This document shows positions 27,219-39,686 of a stretch of 64,000 nucleotides of DNA, one piece after another; position 1 is the stretch's first letter, and every line of letters begins with the position of its first letter. The position numbers and the translations under genes were made by a program. The DNA is taken from positions 186,001-250,000 of the forward strand of contig JBODTK010000104.1 of assembly GCA_050613775.1 (NCBI GenBank), in the 5' to 3' direction. The notes below the pieces were generated by a model. That model saw nothing but the letters and a program-made list of their open reading frames with translations, was not told the DNA's origin and did not search any database. Source of the stretch: Neocallimastix sp. 'constans'. Lineage: Eukaryota.

Positions 27219-28035
27219 GGTTACCGGTGAATACCCATATAGTGAATGTAAAAATCCACCACAGATTTACAAAAAAGTTATAAATGTAAGTCAAAACTAA
27301 ATACTAATAATTTAGACAATATAAAATTAAATTATATTAAAATATTATTTGTGAATTTAATTTATTAAAAAATTATAGGGCATTAAACCAGAATGTTTAA
27401 ATAAAGTAAAAGATCCAGAAGTATTAGAAATTATAAATAGTTGTATATGTCCAGAAAATGAAAGGTAGTATATATATAAATCAAAAATGATATAAAAAAA
27501 TATTAATAAAAAAAATTTTTTTTTCATATATTATTTGCATACATTATATCCATAAAAATTAATTTATTTGTAATTAATATATAATTTATGAATAATAATA
27601 AAAATAAATAATAAACAACAAAAAAGATGGAGTGTCAAACAATTATTAGAAACTTCATTTTTCTTACCAGAAGCAGAAGTAAAATTATTATCAACTGATG
27701 AAACTAAAAACCATTTAACTATGCAAGTCATATTTAAAGGAACAGATCAACTTTCAGTAAAATTTGAATTTAATACTGATACAGATACTGCTGAAGATGT
27801 AGTTAGTGAAATGGTATGTTTATAAAAAATAATAATAATAATAATAATAAATAAAAAATTACCAAATAAAAAAATACTAAATAAATAAATAATATTAATC
27901 ATTATTTATAATTAAAAATTATATATATAATATTTAATAATTATTTATTTTTATAATTTATAAAATATAATTTAAATATATTATTAATTTTAATTAATAA
28001 AATAATATTAAATAAAAATAAAAATAAAAAAAAAA

Positions 28036-28066
<31 letters not shown>

Positions 28067-28559
28067 TAAAATAAAATAAAATATAGATTCAAGAAGAAGT
28101 TATTCCAGATAGATATCAACAATTAATTACTTCAGAAATCAACGGTATTTTAAGAGAAATGAATAAATATATACCAGAATTAGATGAAAATAAAGAAGAA
28201 GATCATCATATATGGAAAAGAGAAAATACTATTACCAAAAAAATTGAACAAGCCAATGAACGTTTTCAAGAAGCTGAAAGAAGAATTATGGTTGCAGAAG
28301 AAGCTATCAAAAATATAGATATGGAACTTGAAAATTTAGAAAATTTAGCAAAGAGAAATAAAATTCCATTAGAATATGAATTACAGAAAAAAGCAGTCAT
28401 TACAGATAATCCTCCAGTTCTCACACCTCAAGAAATAGTACAAGTTGATGATGGTAATGGCATATATAACAAAATCTAACGAAATATATATAATAAATAT
28501 ATTTTGTATAATATAATAAATAAATATAATAATAAATGCAATAAAGAATAGAGAATAAA

Positions 28560-28613
<54 letters not shown>

Positions 28614-28615
28614 AT

Positions 28616-28655
<40 letters not shown>

Positions 28656-28884
28656 AATATTAAATTTTCTAATTATAATATAATTATATAATATTATTTT
28701 ATTTTGTTTCCTTTTTTAATAAGATTATTTAAATGATCTTCCCGTAGAAGAATTGGCAAAATATACAGCTACTACAAATAATAAAGCAGATAAAATTAAA
28801 GAATGGACACAGAAGTTAAGAGATCAGGATATTGTAACAATAGGAGACTTAAAAGAATGTAAAATTTTTTATTTTATTTCTTCG

Positions 28885-28915
<31 letters not shown>

Positions 28916-28933
28916 AAATATCAATTTTTAGTT

Positions 28934-28972
<39 letters not shown>

Positions 28973-29457
28973 TTGATATTTATATATTAAATATTATTAC
29001 ATTATTATTAATGAAATAATTGATTAATAATGATAATTATTATTATTATAAATATATATATATATATTAAATGTAATATAGTACATGATGAAGATTGGGC
29101 AAGCCTAGGTTTAACAGTATTAGCAACACGTTTATTAAAGGTAAATTATATATTATATATTATATAATATTATTATATCTATTATTCTTCTCTTTTTTAT
29201 GTACACATACTTAATTAATTATATTATTATATATTTTTATTTTTAAAAAAAAAATAATAATAATAATAATAAAATATAAACAATAATAATTATAATATTA
29301 TTATTGGTATTAAAATTAGAATGCATTATATAAGATATTAAATGATAATATGAGTCCACAACAATATTCCTTACCAAGAATAAATTCACCACCTAATGAT
29401 TTAGGAAGATATACTAATATGACACATTCATCATATACTGATCAATCAGCTTTATAG
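25044..29457 (+). CDS. WNK-family Ser/Thr kinase, 14 exons: 25044-25184, 25575-25667, 25858-25941, 26148-26215, 26394-26514, 26645-26750, 26889-26974, 27220-27285, 27379-27464, 27627-27813, 28088-28453, 28724-28858, 29082-29140, 29320-29457
   Basis: In-frame assembly gives [20 protein letters not shown] (Lys in beta-2), EVAWS (no beta-3 Lys), [57 protein letters not shown] and EYPYSEC, all WNK signatures. Confidence 0.93.
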
Positions 29458-30746
29458 AAATATTTATAATAATAAAAAATATATATATATATAAAAATAC
29501 AGTAATACAATAAAAATATATACAATAAAAATACAATGTAATACAATATAATAAAATTATTTAATATAAGATAAAAAAAAATTAATTTTATTTATTATAA
29601 TTTCGAAATTATTATTTTTTTAACAAAAAAAATTAATAAAATAAAAATTATAATAAATATTTTATAATTTATTAATAATTAATGAACTTAGAAAAAAAAA
29701 AAAAATTTTTTATATATTAATATTATATCTGAAAAAAAAAAGCAATTTTATATAGAATATATATATATAAATTATTATGTATCATTGCTAATATTTAATA
29801 TAAAAAAAATAAAAAAATAAAAAAAAAAGAATACACAATAATAAAAATAATAATAAGAAAAAAAATTAGTATAAAAAAAATTATTTAATAAAACATATAA
29901 AATAAAAAATAAAAAAAAAAACACTCATAGTAATATAATATAATATAATAATCATAGTAATATAATCTAATAATCCTACAAAAAAGTATATATGTATATA
30001 TATAAGTATATATATAAAGTTATACAATATAAGAATATATATATATTTCCATTAAAGGGAAAAAAATATATAAAAGTTTAAAAAAAAAAAAATAATAAAA
30101 AATAAAAAATTAAAAAAATATTAAAAAAAAAAAAAAAAAATTAAATAAAATTTAAATAAAAATTTAAAAAAAAAAAAAGTTATATATTATTAACAAAATA
30201 TATATATATATATATATCATTAATCATACTTCCCAATGACTAACCTATCGACCGTTTTAACTTAAATAAATGTTGTTGTTGTTGTTGTTTTTTCTTTTTA
30301 TTATTATTATTATTATTATCTACGTTTTTCCTTCTTTCTTTTTTTTTTTTTTTTTTTTTTATTATAAATTTATATATTATTATTAACAAAACAATTATTT
30401 GACATCAATCCTATTATCCCAAATAAAAAAAAAAAAAAAATTTTTTTTTAATTATCATCCACCTTAATTTTTTTTTTTTTTTTTTTATTTATGTATATTT
30501 GTTTATTATATTTACACATATTATTAAAATAAAATAAAAATAAAAATAAAAAAAAATACATCCTGCTTTCCTAATATCGCTATAGAATTTTTTAAATTTA
30601 AATACAAAAAAAAAAAAAAAAATTTTTTTTATTATTCATCTTTTTTTTTTCTTTTTTTTATTTTTTTTAAAAAAAGTTTTTATTTACTTTTAAAATCATA
30701 TATATATATATATTAATATTAATAATATTTTAAATATTGAAATGCA

Positions 30747-30777
<31 letters not shown>

Positions 30778-30791
30778 TTTGTAAAAAAAAC

Positions 30792-30851
<60 letters not shown>

Positions 30852-30904
30852 TAAAAATAAAAATAAATAAATAAATAATTAACACTTAACCACGACTTAA
30901 CACT

Positions 30905-31181
30905 ATGTAATTATTATTATATTATTATATTATTATTATTGTAATTATTATTATCATTATGTCTATTATTATTTTTTTTACTAATACAAAAATTTTTTAT
31001 CCCATAATGAATAAACAGAAATACTGTATATCCTTTATAAATATAAAGCTTATGCATAGATATCTGTATATATTATCACTGGGAGATAAATCTTATGATA
31101 TGTATGTATTGAAAATTTATAAATTTTAAATAAATAAAAAAGAAAAAAAAAAATTAAATATTATATAAAGATTTCTTTTTT

Positions 31182-31217
<36 letters not shown>

Positions 31218-31420
31218 CATGTTAATATCTCCCAATGATATATACAGATATCTATGTATAAATCTTATATTAAGGATATAAGGATATACAGTACTTCTGT
31301 TTGTCATTATGGGATAAAAAATTTTTGTATTAGTAAAAAAATAATAGTTATAATAATAGTTATAATAATAATAATTACAATAATAATAACTATAATTATA
31401 ATAATATTAATAATTTACAA
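30905..31420. repeat. Long imperfect inverted repeat (arms about 30930-31088 and 31226-31389)
   Basis: Example pairings: TACTAATACAAAAATTTTTTATCCCATAATGA with TCATTATGGGATAAAAAATTTTTGTATTAGTA, and CATAGATATCTGTATATA with TATATACAGATATCTATG. Confidence 0.92.
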
Positions 31421-31692
31421 TTATGAAAATAATAGTACTTAACTTTTTATTTTTCTATTTATTACATTGATATTGCTTATTTTCTAAATCTATTTTATTA
31501 TTTTCAAATTAAAAAAAAAAAAAAAAAACTATAACTAAATAATTAAAAGATAGGCTAATATTTGATTAAAAAAAAAAAAAATTATAATAATAATAATAAT
31601 AATAAATAAATAAATAAATAAATAAAATAAAATTCTATTCGGTAATATTTTTTATTAGAAATAGTTTATCATTTATTTATATATTTATTTGT

Positions 31693-31827
<135 letters not shown>

Positions 31828-32348
31828 TTATTCCTTTTGTTATTATTTTTTCAACTGTGTCATCATTATTCTTATTTCATATGAATGGTGGTAGTAGGTA
31901 TTATTGAAATAGATTAAAAGGAAAAATGAGCAATTAGCAACTCTAATAATTTATTGGTGATGGTGGATACTTTTTCTTTTCCTTTTCTTTTCCTTTTTTT
32001 TTTTTTTTTTTTGAATAAATTTTTGTGATATGTAGGAAAGGAAATAGAAATAAACCAAAATTTATATTGATGATTACTAATTTATTTTTTAGATGAAGGT
32101 GGCGACGAAGAAGGGACTTGTACCAACGGTGGTTCTTCTTGGCCAATATCGATTAGAGGTTGAACTTTTTTTTTTTTTTTTTACTATAACAAAAACAATT
32201 CTATGAAAAAAAAAATATCTAATAATATTATGAAATCTTTCATTCATTCTATCTATCTATATTTATCTTTTATTTTTTTATTTTCATTAAATGATTTTTT
32301 TTTTTTTTCTTTTTAATATTAATAAAAATATAAATAAAAAATAATAAA

Positions 32349-32384
<36 letters not shown>

Positions 32385-32630
32385 TTATTTTAAATTTGAA
32401 TCATTAGAGTAGTCAAGTTGAATAAAAGTAGGATTTAATGATATAATTTTTTTTATTTTTTATTTTTTATTTTTTTTTATTTTTTTATTTTTATTTTTAT
32501 TTTTTTTATTTTTATTTTTTTTTATTTTTTTTTTTGGTTAAATTTATAATATAGATATAAAAAAAAAAAAAAAAAAAAAAAAACTATTTTTAATCAAAAA
32601 TACAAAAAGGTTAAGGCTTAATAGTTTAAT

Positions 32631-32780
32631 GTTCAGATGAGAGAGAGAGAAAGAGAGTCAGATGAATCGTAGAGATCCCCCTCCCCTCCTTACATATCTC
32701 TAAGCGCGCTCTCTCTCTCTCTATTATATATATACGACAACGCGATCTGTTGTTTCCTGACGTAATCAAGGTCACAAATT
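32631..32780. promoter_or_regulatory. GC-rich promoter-like island: (GA)n and (CT)n tracts, C-rich box, TATA-like run, CRE-like TGACGTAA
   Basis: Composition differs sharply from the flanks. GAGA tract at 32639-32657, CTCT tract at 32709-32722, TGACGTAA at 32758-32765. Function is inferred. Confidence 0.4.
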
Positions 32781-33979
32781 TTAAGTATACAATGCTTTCT
32801 TTTTTTTTTTTTTTTTTTTTTTTTATTGGACTATAGGAATAAACTTTTATTTTTAAAAAATCTACGAAATCTTTTGAGGAGTTCTCTCTAAGGATAATTT
32901 TGTTGGTGATTTTATCTTATTTCATCATCATATTCTTAGTAAAATAATAATAATAATAATAGTAATAATAATAAATAATAAATAATAAAAATTATATTAA
33001 AATTTTTTTTGAGATAATAATACTTTTCGGAAATGAAAATTCATCTACATTTTTCTTAATACTTTCATTTAAATTCTTTTAAATTTTCAAATATTCTGAT
33101 TTAGTTTTAAAAGACAAAAAAAAAAAATATGTATATATATAATATAAAATAATTTTAAATTATTATTATATATATATAAATTATAATTAAATATAATTTT
33201 AACAATAATTATAAAAGTTTTAGTTTATGCTATAATTCGTTTTTTTTTTTTTTCTTCCATAAAAACAATGCTACATTTTATACAAATACAATATTTATTA
33301 ATTTATTTATACTATAAAATTTTTAAATACTAAATTTAGAAATTTCAAAAACAATTTTTTTATTTGTTAATTTTGTTTTATAATACCAAAAAACAGATAA
33401 TAAATAAATTTCCTTTTTTTTTTTAAAAAAATAAAAAAAATTTTATATATTTTATTAATAATTAAAACAACATCTTTTTATTAATTTTTTGTATATAAAT
33501 GCCTCTAAATTTTGATTTTATATATTCCAGCTTATTATCCATTTATTACATATATACTTGTTATTTTTTTCCACTTATTCTTTAATTATTATAATTATCT
33601 ACTATTGAAACATTTCCTCTTTATTAATTAAAAAACTATTATTATCATTAGCTTTTCTCTATTTCTTCAAAATTATATATATGAAAACTTTGATACTCCC
33701 AATTTTAATTTTAAATTTTATCGATTTTAATAAATATTTTAGATTTTATTCTGAAATTTTGAAAACAAAAAAAAAATTATATTTTATATGAAAATAAACA
33801 CTTCTTTTTTTTATAGTTCATATTTCCTTTATAATAAGGTTGCAATTTTATTTTTTTATTGTAAACGATTTGAATCTACAAATTTACAATAGTAACATTT
33901 TTATGCCTTTAGAATAGCTATAAAAAAATTTCCAAAAAATTGCTTTAATACATCCTTCAAGAAACGGGCATTTGTCAAT

Positions 33980-34502
33980 TTAGAGGTTGACTATTTTATT
34001 ATTTAATTATTAATAAATATATATTAATATTTTAATAATGTTTAATATTATAAATATATAAATATATTTATAAATTTTTAATAAAAAAAAACTTACGCTT
34101 AGTTCTTCTCCAGTTTCTTCTCTTAGCGTTGTATCTGATAGTGTTACCGGTCTTGAAACGGAACCATTGTGGAAGTGGTCTGTTTTGCTTTTGTTTCTTA
34201 CCGAGGATACGCTTAATCTTGAAAGTCTTGTTAGAAGGCTATTGGATTTTAATATTTTACAATAAAGTAATTATTTAATAAAAATTTATTATTTAACATT
34301 TTCATCATCATACATTATTAATTCAATTTATTATATAAACATCCTCATTTAAACTTCATTAAATATATCTATTATCATTTCATAATATTGATATGAATTT
34401 AAAGAAATTAAAATTTTAAAATAATAAAAAAAAAAATAATAATAATAATAATTAAGACATTTCATTATTTCATCCATCCATCAATTCATAAAAATTTACC
34501 AT
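33980..34502 (-). CDS. RPL39: 60S ribosomal protein eL39, exons 34502-34500 (ATG), 34238-34097, 33990-33980
   Basis: Translation is [51 protein letters not shown], with GT-AG introns. The ORF track missed it. Confidence 0.97.
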
Positions 34503-34824
34503 TTTCAAATGTCCGTACGGATCTTCAAAAAATTTAAGAGAGGGAAATATTAAACTATATTAGAATATTTTCATTTTTCTTTATGAAAAATACTTGAATT
34601 TTAGCCAATCATGAGTTAGTATTCACCAGCCATCAATAAAAAATTTATATAATTCTATATAATAAAATTTTTATAAAATTTATACTAGTAACAAAATTAT
34701 TTATTTATTTATTTATTTATTTTTATATTATTACACCTAAAATTTTTGCCCACAATTAAATATTTTGAAATTCTTAAAAGGTTTTTTTGTATAAATATTT
34801 ATTAATTTAATTAATTAATTAATT

Positions 34825-34857
<33 letters not shown>

Positions 34858-35399
34858 TATAAATTGAATAATTAAATATAGATTAATAGTTTTATTTATA
34901 AAACTATCAATCTATATAATTAAAAAGAAAAAAAATTATATATATATATATGAAAAAGAATCTATATTCCATTTAATCTTATAATAGTACTATTTAATGG
35001 AAAAAAGAATATGGATTTATTTGATAAATTTTATTATTAAACTTCATATAAACTATATAAACTACCTATTAAAGGAATTTAGTACTTCCTAATGTTGTAA
35101 ATGTTGCATTCGAATAGATTGATTTTGAATGTCTAAATTTTTTTTTTTTTATAAATAATTAAAGAAGTTTTATTTTATATTTGTTTATTATTTATTAAAT
35201 TATAGTCAAACTAATCGATCTCTGTTATATATGAAAAAAAAAGTATTTGTAATAAAATAATAAAATGATAATAAACGGTTTATTAAATCAGAAAAAAATT
35301 TTTTTGTTACATCACTTCTTAAAAAAAAAATATATTTTGTTACATTACTTTTTATAGAACATTTATAACTTATAATTTGAATAATTTAAATAATTTTAA

Positions 35400-35590
35400 T
35401 AATAAATAATAAATAATAAATAATAAATAATTGAATAATAAATAATTGAATAATAAATAATTGAATAATAAATAATAAATAATTAAATAATAAATAATAA
35501 ATAATAAATAATAAATAATAAATAATAAATAATTGAATAATAAATAATAAATAATAAATAATAAATAATAAATAATAAATAATAAATAAT
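35400..35590. repeat. (AATAATA)n heptamer array (reverse complement of the TTATTTA arrays)
   Basis: Tandem 7-mer with TTGA interruptions. Confidence 0.9.
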
Positions 35591-36961
35591 AGATAATTAT
35601 ATATTTTTATTTCAAGATAATAATAATAAAAAAGTTTAATAAATTTAATTAATCAATATTTTTTAACTTTTTTTTAAAAAAACAATTTTTGTACCAATTT
35701 TTTTTTTATTATTTGTAATTCTTTATGAAAATAAATGAATAAAAAATAATAAAGAATAAAATAGATTAATATAATAAATATTTTTATTATATGTTAAATT
35801 GCTTTTTATATTTGAATAAAGTAGAAAATAAAATAATGATATAAAAATAATAATAATAATAATAATTAAAAAAATTAAAACAATAAAAAAAAGTTTTAAT
35901 AGATTATTAGAATAAAAAGTTTAAAAAAAAATTTAATTAAAGAATTTTAAATTAAATTTTAATTTTAATTGAATCCATCAAAATTTAAAATTATTATTTA
36001 AAAAATGAAAATAAAAAAAAAAAAAAAGAAATAAACCAAATATTAATAAAACATCCCCACAAATATATATATTGATGTTTTATTTTTTTTTAAATAAAAG
36101 ACAACTTGTTAAATACGAAAAAATAATTTATATAAAATATTTATTATTATTATTTCGCTTAGATAAAAAAAAAAGGTAATATTTATTATAAGTAAATATT
36201 TATTTTCTGTTGTTGAAATAAACATTTTTTTTTTTTCATTTAGCGAACAAACAAATAAACCAAAATATATATATATATTGTATATTAAAAAGTTTATTAT
36301 GTTTATTTAAATAATAATAAAGTTAATAAGATTATATTAATAAAAATAAACTATTTGATAGGTAAAATTTTTTGTGGATTTTTAAAAAATAAAAAACAAT
36401 TTTATTATCACATGTTATCTTTAATAATAAAAAAAAAATTCTTTGATTTAGATTCTAAATAAAAGTATTAAAATACTTTTTTAATTATATATGTCATATT
36501 AATAATTTTATTATTATTATTATTATTATTTTAATTACAATTAAAATCATTAAAAAAAAAAACTAATAATAAACTTTTCAATTTAATTATATATTTAAAT
36601 ATATAAATGATTTACTGAATGTATCACATTATTTATTATTGGAGTATGAAAATGAAAATTAAGACATAAAATAAAATTTTATAAATTACATGATTTTAAT
36701 TAAATTTTAAAAGTAAAAGAGATTATTAAATATTAATAATTTTTTTTTTTTAAAAGAAAAAAATAATTAAGAAAATTATTTTTACAAATATTATAGAAAT
36801 ATATATATATATATTCTATATATTTATATAAAACTATATAATTTTTGTATACCAACATATCAATACCTTCAATTATATCTTTTATACATTATATTTTAAA
36901 ATTATTACAACAATAATAAAAAAAAATAAAATAAAATAAAAACCAAAATCAAAAAAAAAAA

Positions 36962-38097
36962 ATGTTTATTAGAACAGCAGCAGTCTACATTTCATTAATA
37001 CTATCTGTATTAGTAACACTTTTATTAATACAAGAATACATACCATCAAATTTACATATTATTATTAATTCTAATTTATCAATATTCAAATATAAACTGT
37101 TAAATATTTATGATAAATTATTTAATATAGAAAAAGAATATGAAATATCAGTTGAATTTTCAACAAAAGAATCTAATAATACAAAGATTTCTCGTTTGAT
37201 AGAATACTTACCTCTTCAAAATAATGAATATATTAATTATTATGAAAATGATAATGAAGAAAATGATATTTGTTTAATTGACCATTCAAAACCTACAATT
37301 CAATTTACCATTAAAGAAAAAAATTTATCTTTAAAGAAAAGAATTTTAAAGGAAAGAAAGGAAAATAATATAGCAAAGGATAAATTCTTTAATAAATATA
37401 TGGATTTAAAAATTCATGGAACAGATAAATATAAAACACCACCAATGGAAAGAAAAATGGATGGTGAAAAAGAATATGTAGAAATGAATTTAAAAGGAAA
37501 GCTTCGTTATGTTGGTAAATATTTAAACCTAATTGAATTATCAATTATTATTATTATTTTAAAAAAAATACATTCCTTTAAATATATTTTCTATAATAAT
37601 AATAATTATAATAATAATATTATTATTAATAATAGCTATTTTAATATTAAATTTAGTGTCTTAAAACAAATATTTATAATTTTTTTAACTATTTTTATTG
37701 TTATATTTTCATATAATTTTTATTTAATATATTTTGAACGAAATAATTTTTTTTTTTTTTTTTTTTTTTTTTTGCAGGAACAAATTTTACAACTGATATC
37801 TTAGAAAAACCTGAAAAATTATATATTGATGATATTACCAATCGTAGAGTTAGAGCACCAGATACAATAAAAGTCACTAGACAACCATCTCAAGGGGAAG
37901 GATATTGGTTAAAAAAGATTCGTATTATAGGAGTTAATGATAATGAACGTGATGAAGGTATTATAAATATTAATTGTGATTTTTTTTTTAAAAAAAAAAA
38001 AATAAATAATAATATATAATACTAATATTTTTGTTTTATTTATTATATTTTATCATTTTTATTGAATTTATTCTTATTATTTTTATTATTCTTATTC

Positions 38098-38156
<59 letters not shown>

Positions 38157-38163
38157 TTTATTA

Positions 38164-38244
<81 letters not shown>

Positions 38245-38609
38245 AATTGATATTATTTTATTTTTATTGAATACGGTAAATTAATTAACATTTAATCAAT
38301 TGAAGAAATAAAGAAAAATAATATTGAAAATGGTAACTTAAACGATGTATGTACTATTGATGAAGCTATAGTAATTTTTGGAGGATCAAAAATAGTAACG
38401 ACAGTTCCATGTACTAAAGAAAATGATTATGAATATTGCGAAAGTGTTGGATATATATCTGGTTCAATTGGTGAAAAAATTACATGGTAATTAATAATAT
38501 AATTAAATATATTAATTATTATTTAATTATAATTTTATTATATTGTTATATATATTTATTTTCATTGATAATTAAAAATTATTTTAATTTGATCTATAAT
38601 AATATATTA

Positions 38610-38653
<44 letters not shown>

Positions 38654-38657
38654 TAAA

Positions 38658-38689
<32 letters not shown>

Positions 38690-38697
38690 TAAAAATT

Positions 38698-38753
<56 letters not shown>

Positions 38754-39217
38754 ATTAATTTTATAAAAAGGTATTATGCAGAAGTTATAGATTCAGATAT
38801 GAAATATGCTAATCCAAAAGCTCATGAATTAAGTCTTAAGTTATGTAAGCAAAAATCATCTAATCCAGATACTTGTTCTGTTTGGGGTTCTATGTTAAAT
38901 GGTAAATTATTAATAATTAATATAGTAAATAATAACATCACAAAATTAATATTAATAAAATATGATAAATAATATTTAACTAATAATAATAATAATAATT
39001 AGGTTGTGGAGTTATTGCTTCTAGTCCAACGGGTACATTTAGTGTAGGTTATGCCATGAATTTTATGAAAGCAGTTAATGCCAATTTAAATCAAGTTTTT
39101 GCTACTCAAAATGCCATGAAATCCTGTGAAAAAAATGATTCTTCTAAAGGATTATGTCATGTTTCATGGATCAAATGTACAACAACATCCTATAGAGAAC
39201 CAAAACGTTTTATATAG
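36962..39217 (+). CDS. N-terminally anchored or secreted protein with a C-terminal Cys-rich DUF4189-like domain. Exons 36962-37514, 37778-37957, 38306-38486, 38771-38901, 39003-39217
   Basis: Phase-consistent GT-AG exons and a hydrophobic N-terminus. The C-terminus reads AHELSLKLCKQKSSNPDTCSVWGSMLNGCGVIASS...ATQNAMKSCEKNDSSKGLCHVSWIKCT. The domain call is by eye. Confidence 0.72.
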
Positions 39218-39653
39218 TTAAAAAATTTGAAGAAAAAAAAAATACTTCTTTTTTTACTTCTTATTAAAATTTTTTATTTAAAAATTTTTGATAAAATTTT
39301 TATTTAATTTTTTTTTTCCTATTGTTTAACTCATTATAATAATTCACTATTTAATTGATATCTTTATCAACATTATATACCACATAATAACATACATACA
39401 TACATATATATATATTAATATTTATATTTTTTTTAATATATATATATATATATTGTAAATATTATTTAATTAAAAAGAACACGAAAAAAAAATTTTGTAG
39501 ATCTATTATTCACATTTTTATTATTATTAAGTTTATCTTCATCAATACTATTCATTAACATTATTACATATACGTATTTCTCTTAAATAAAAAAAAATTA
39601 TTGTAAATATTATTTAATAAAAAAATAAAATAAAATAAAATAAAATAAAATAA

Positions 39654-39686
<33 letters not shown>

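Noticed and set aside
31943..32146. ORF-track peptide MAKKNHRWYK..., superficially like RPL29
   Set aside because: It starts at TTG, lacks the SKNHT..NQ motif and runs into poly(A). A different frame of this segment is the better exon candidate.
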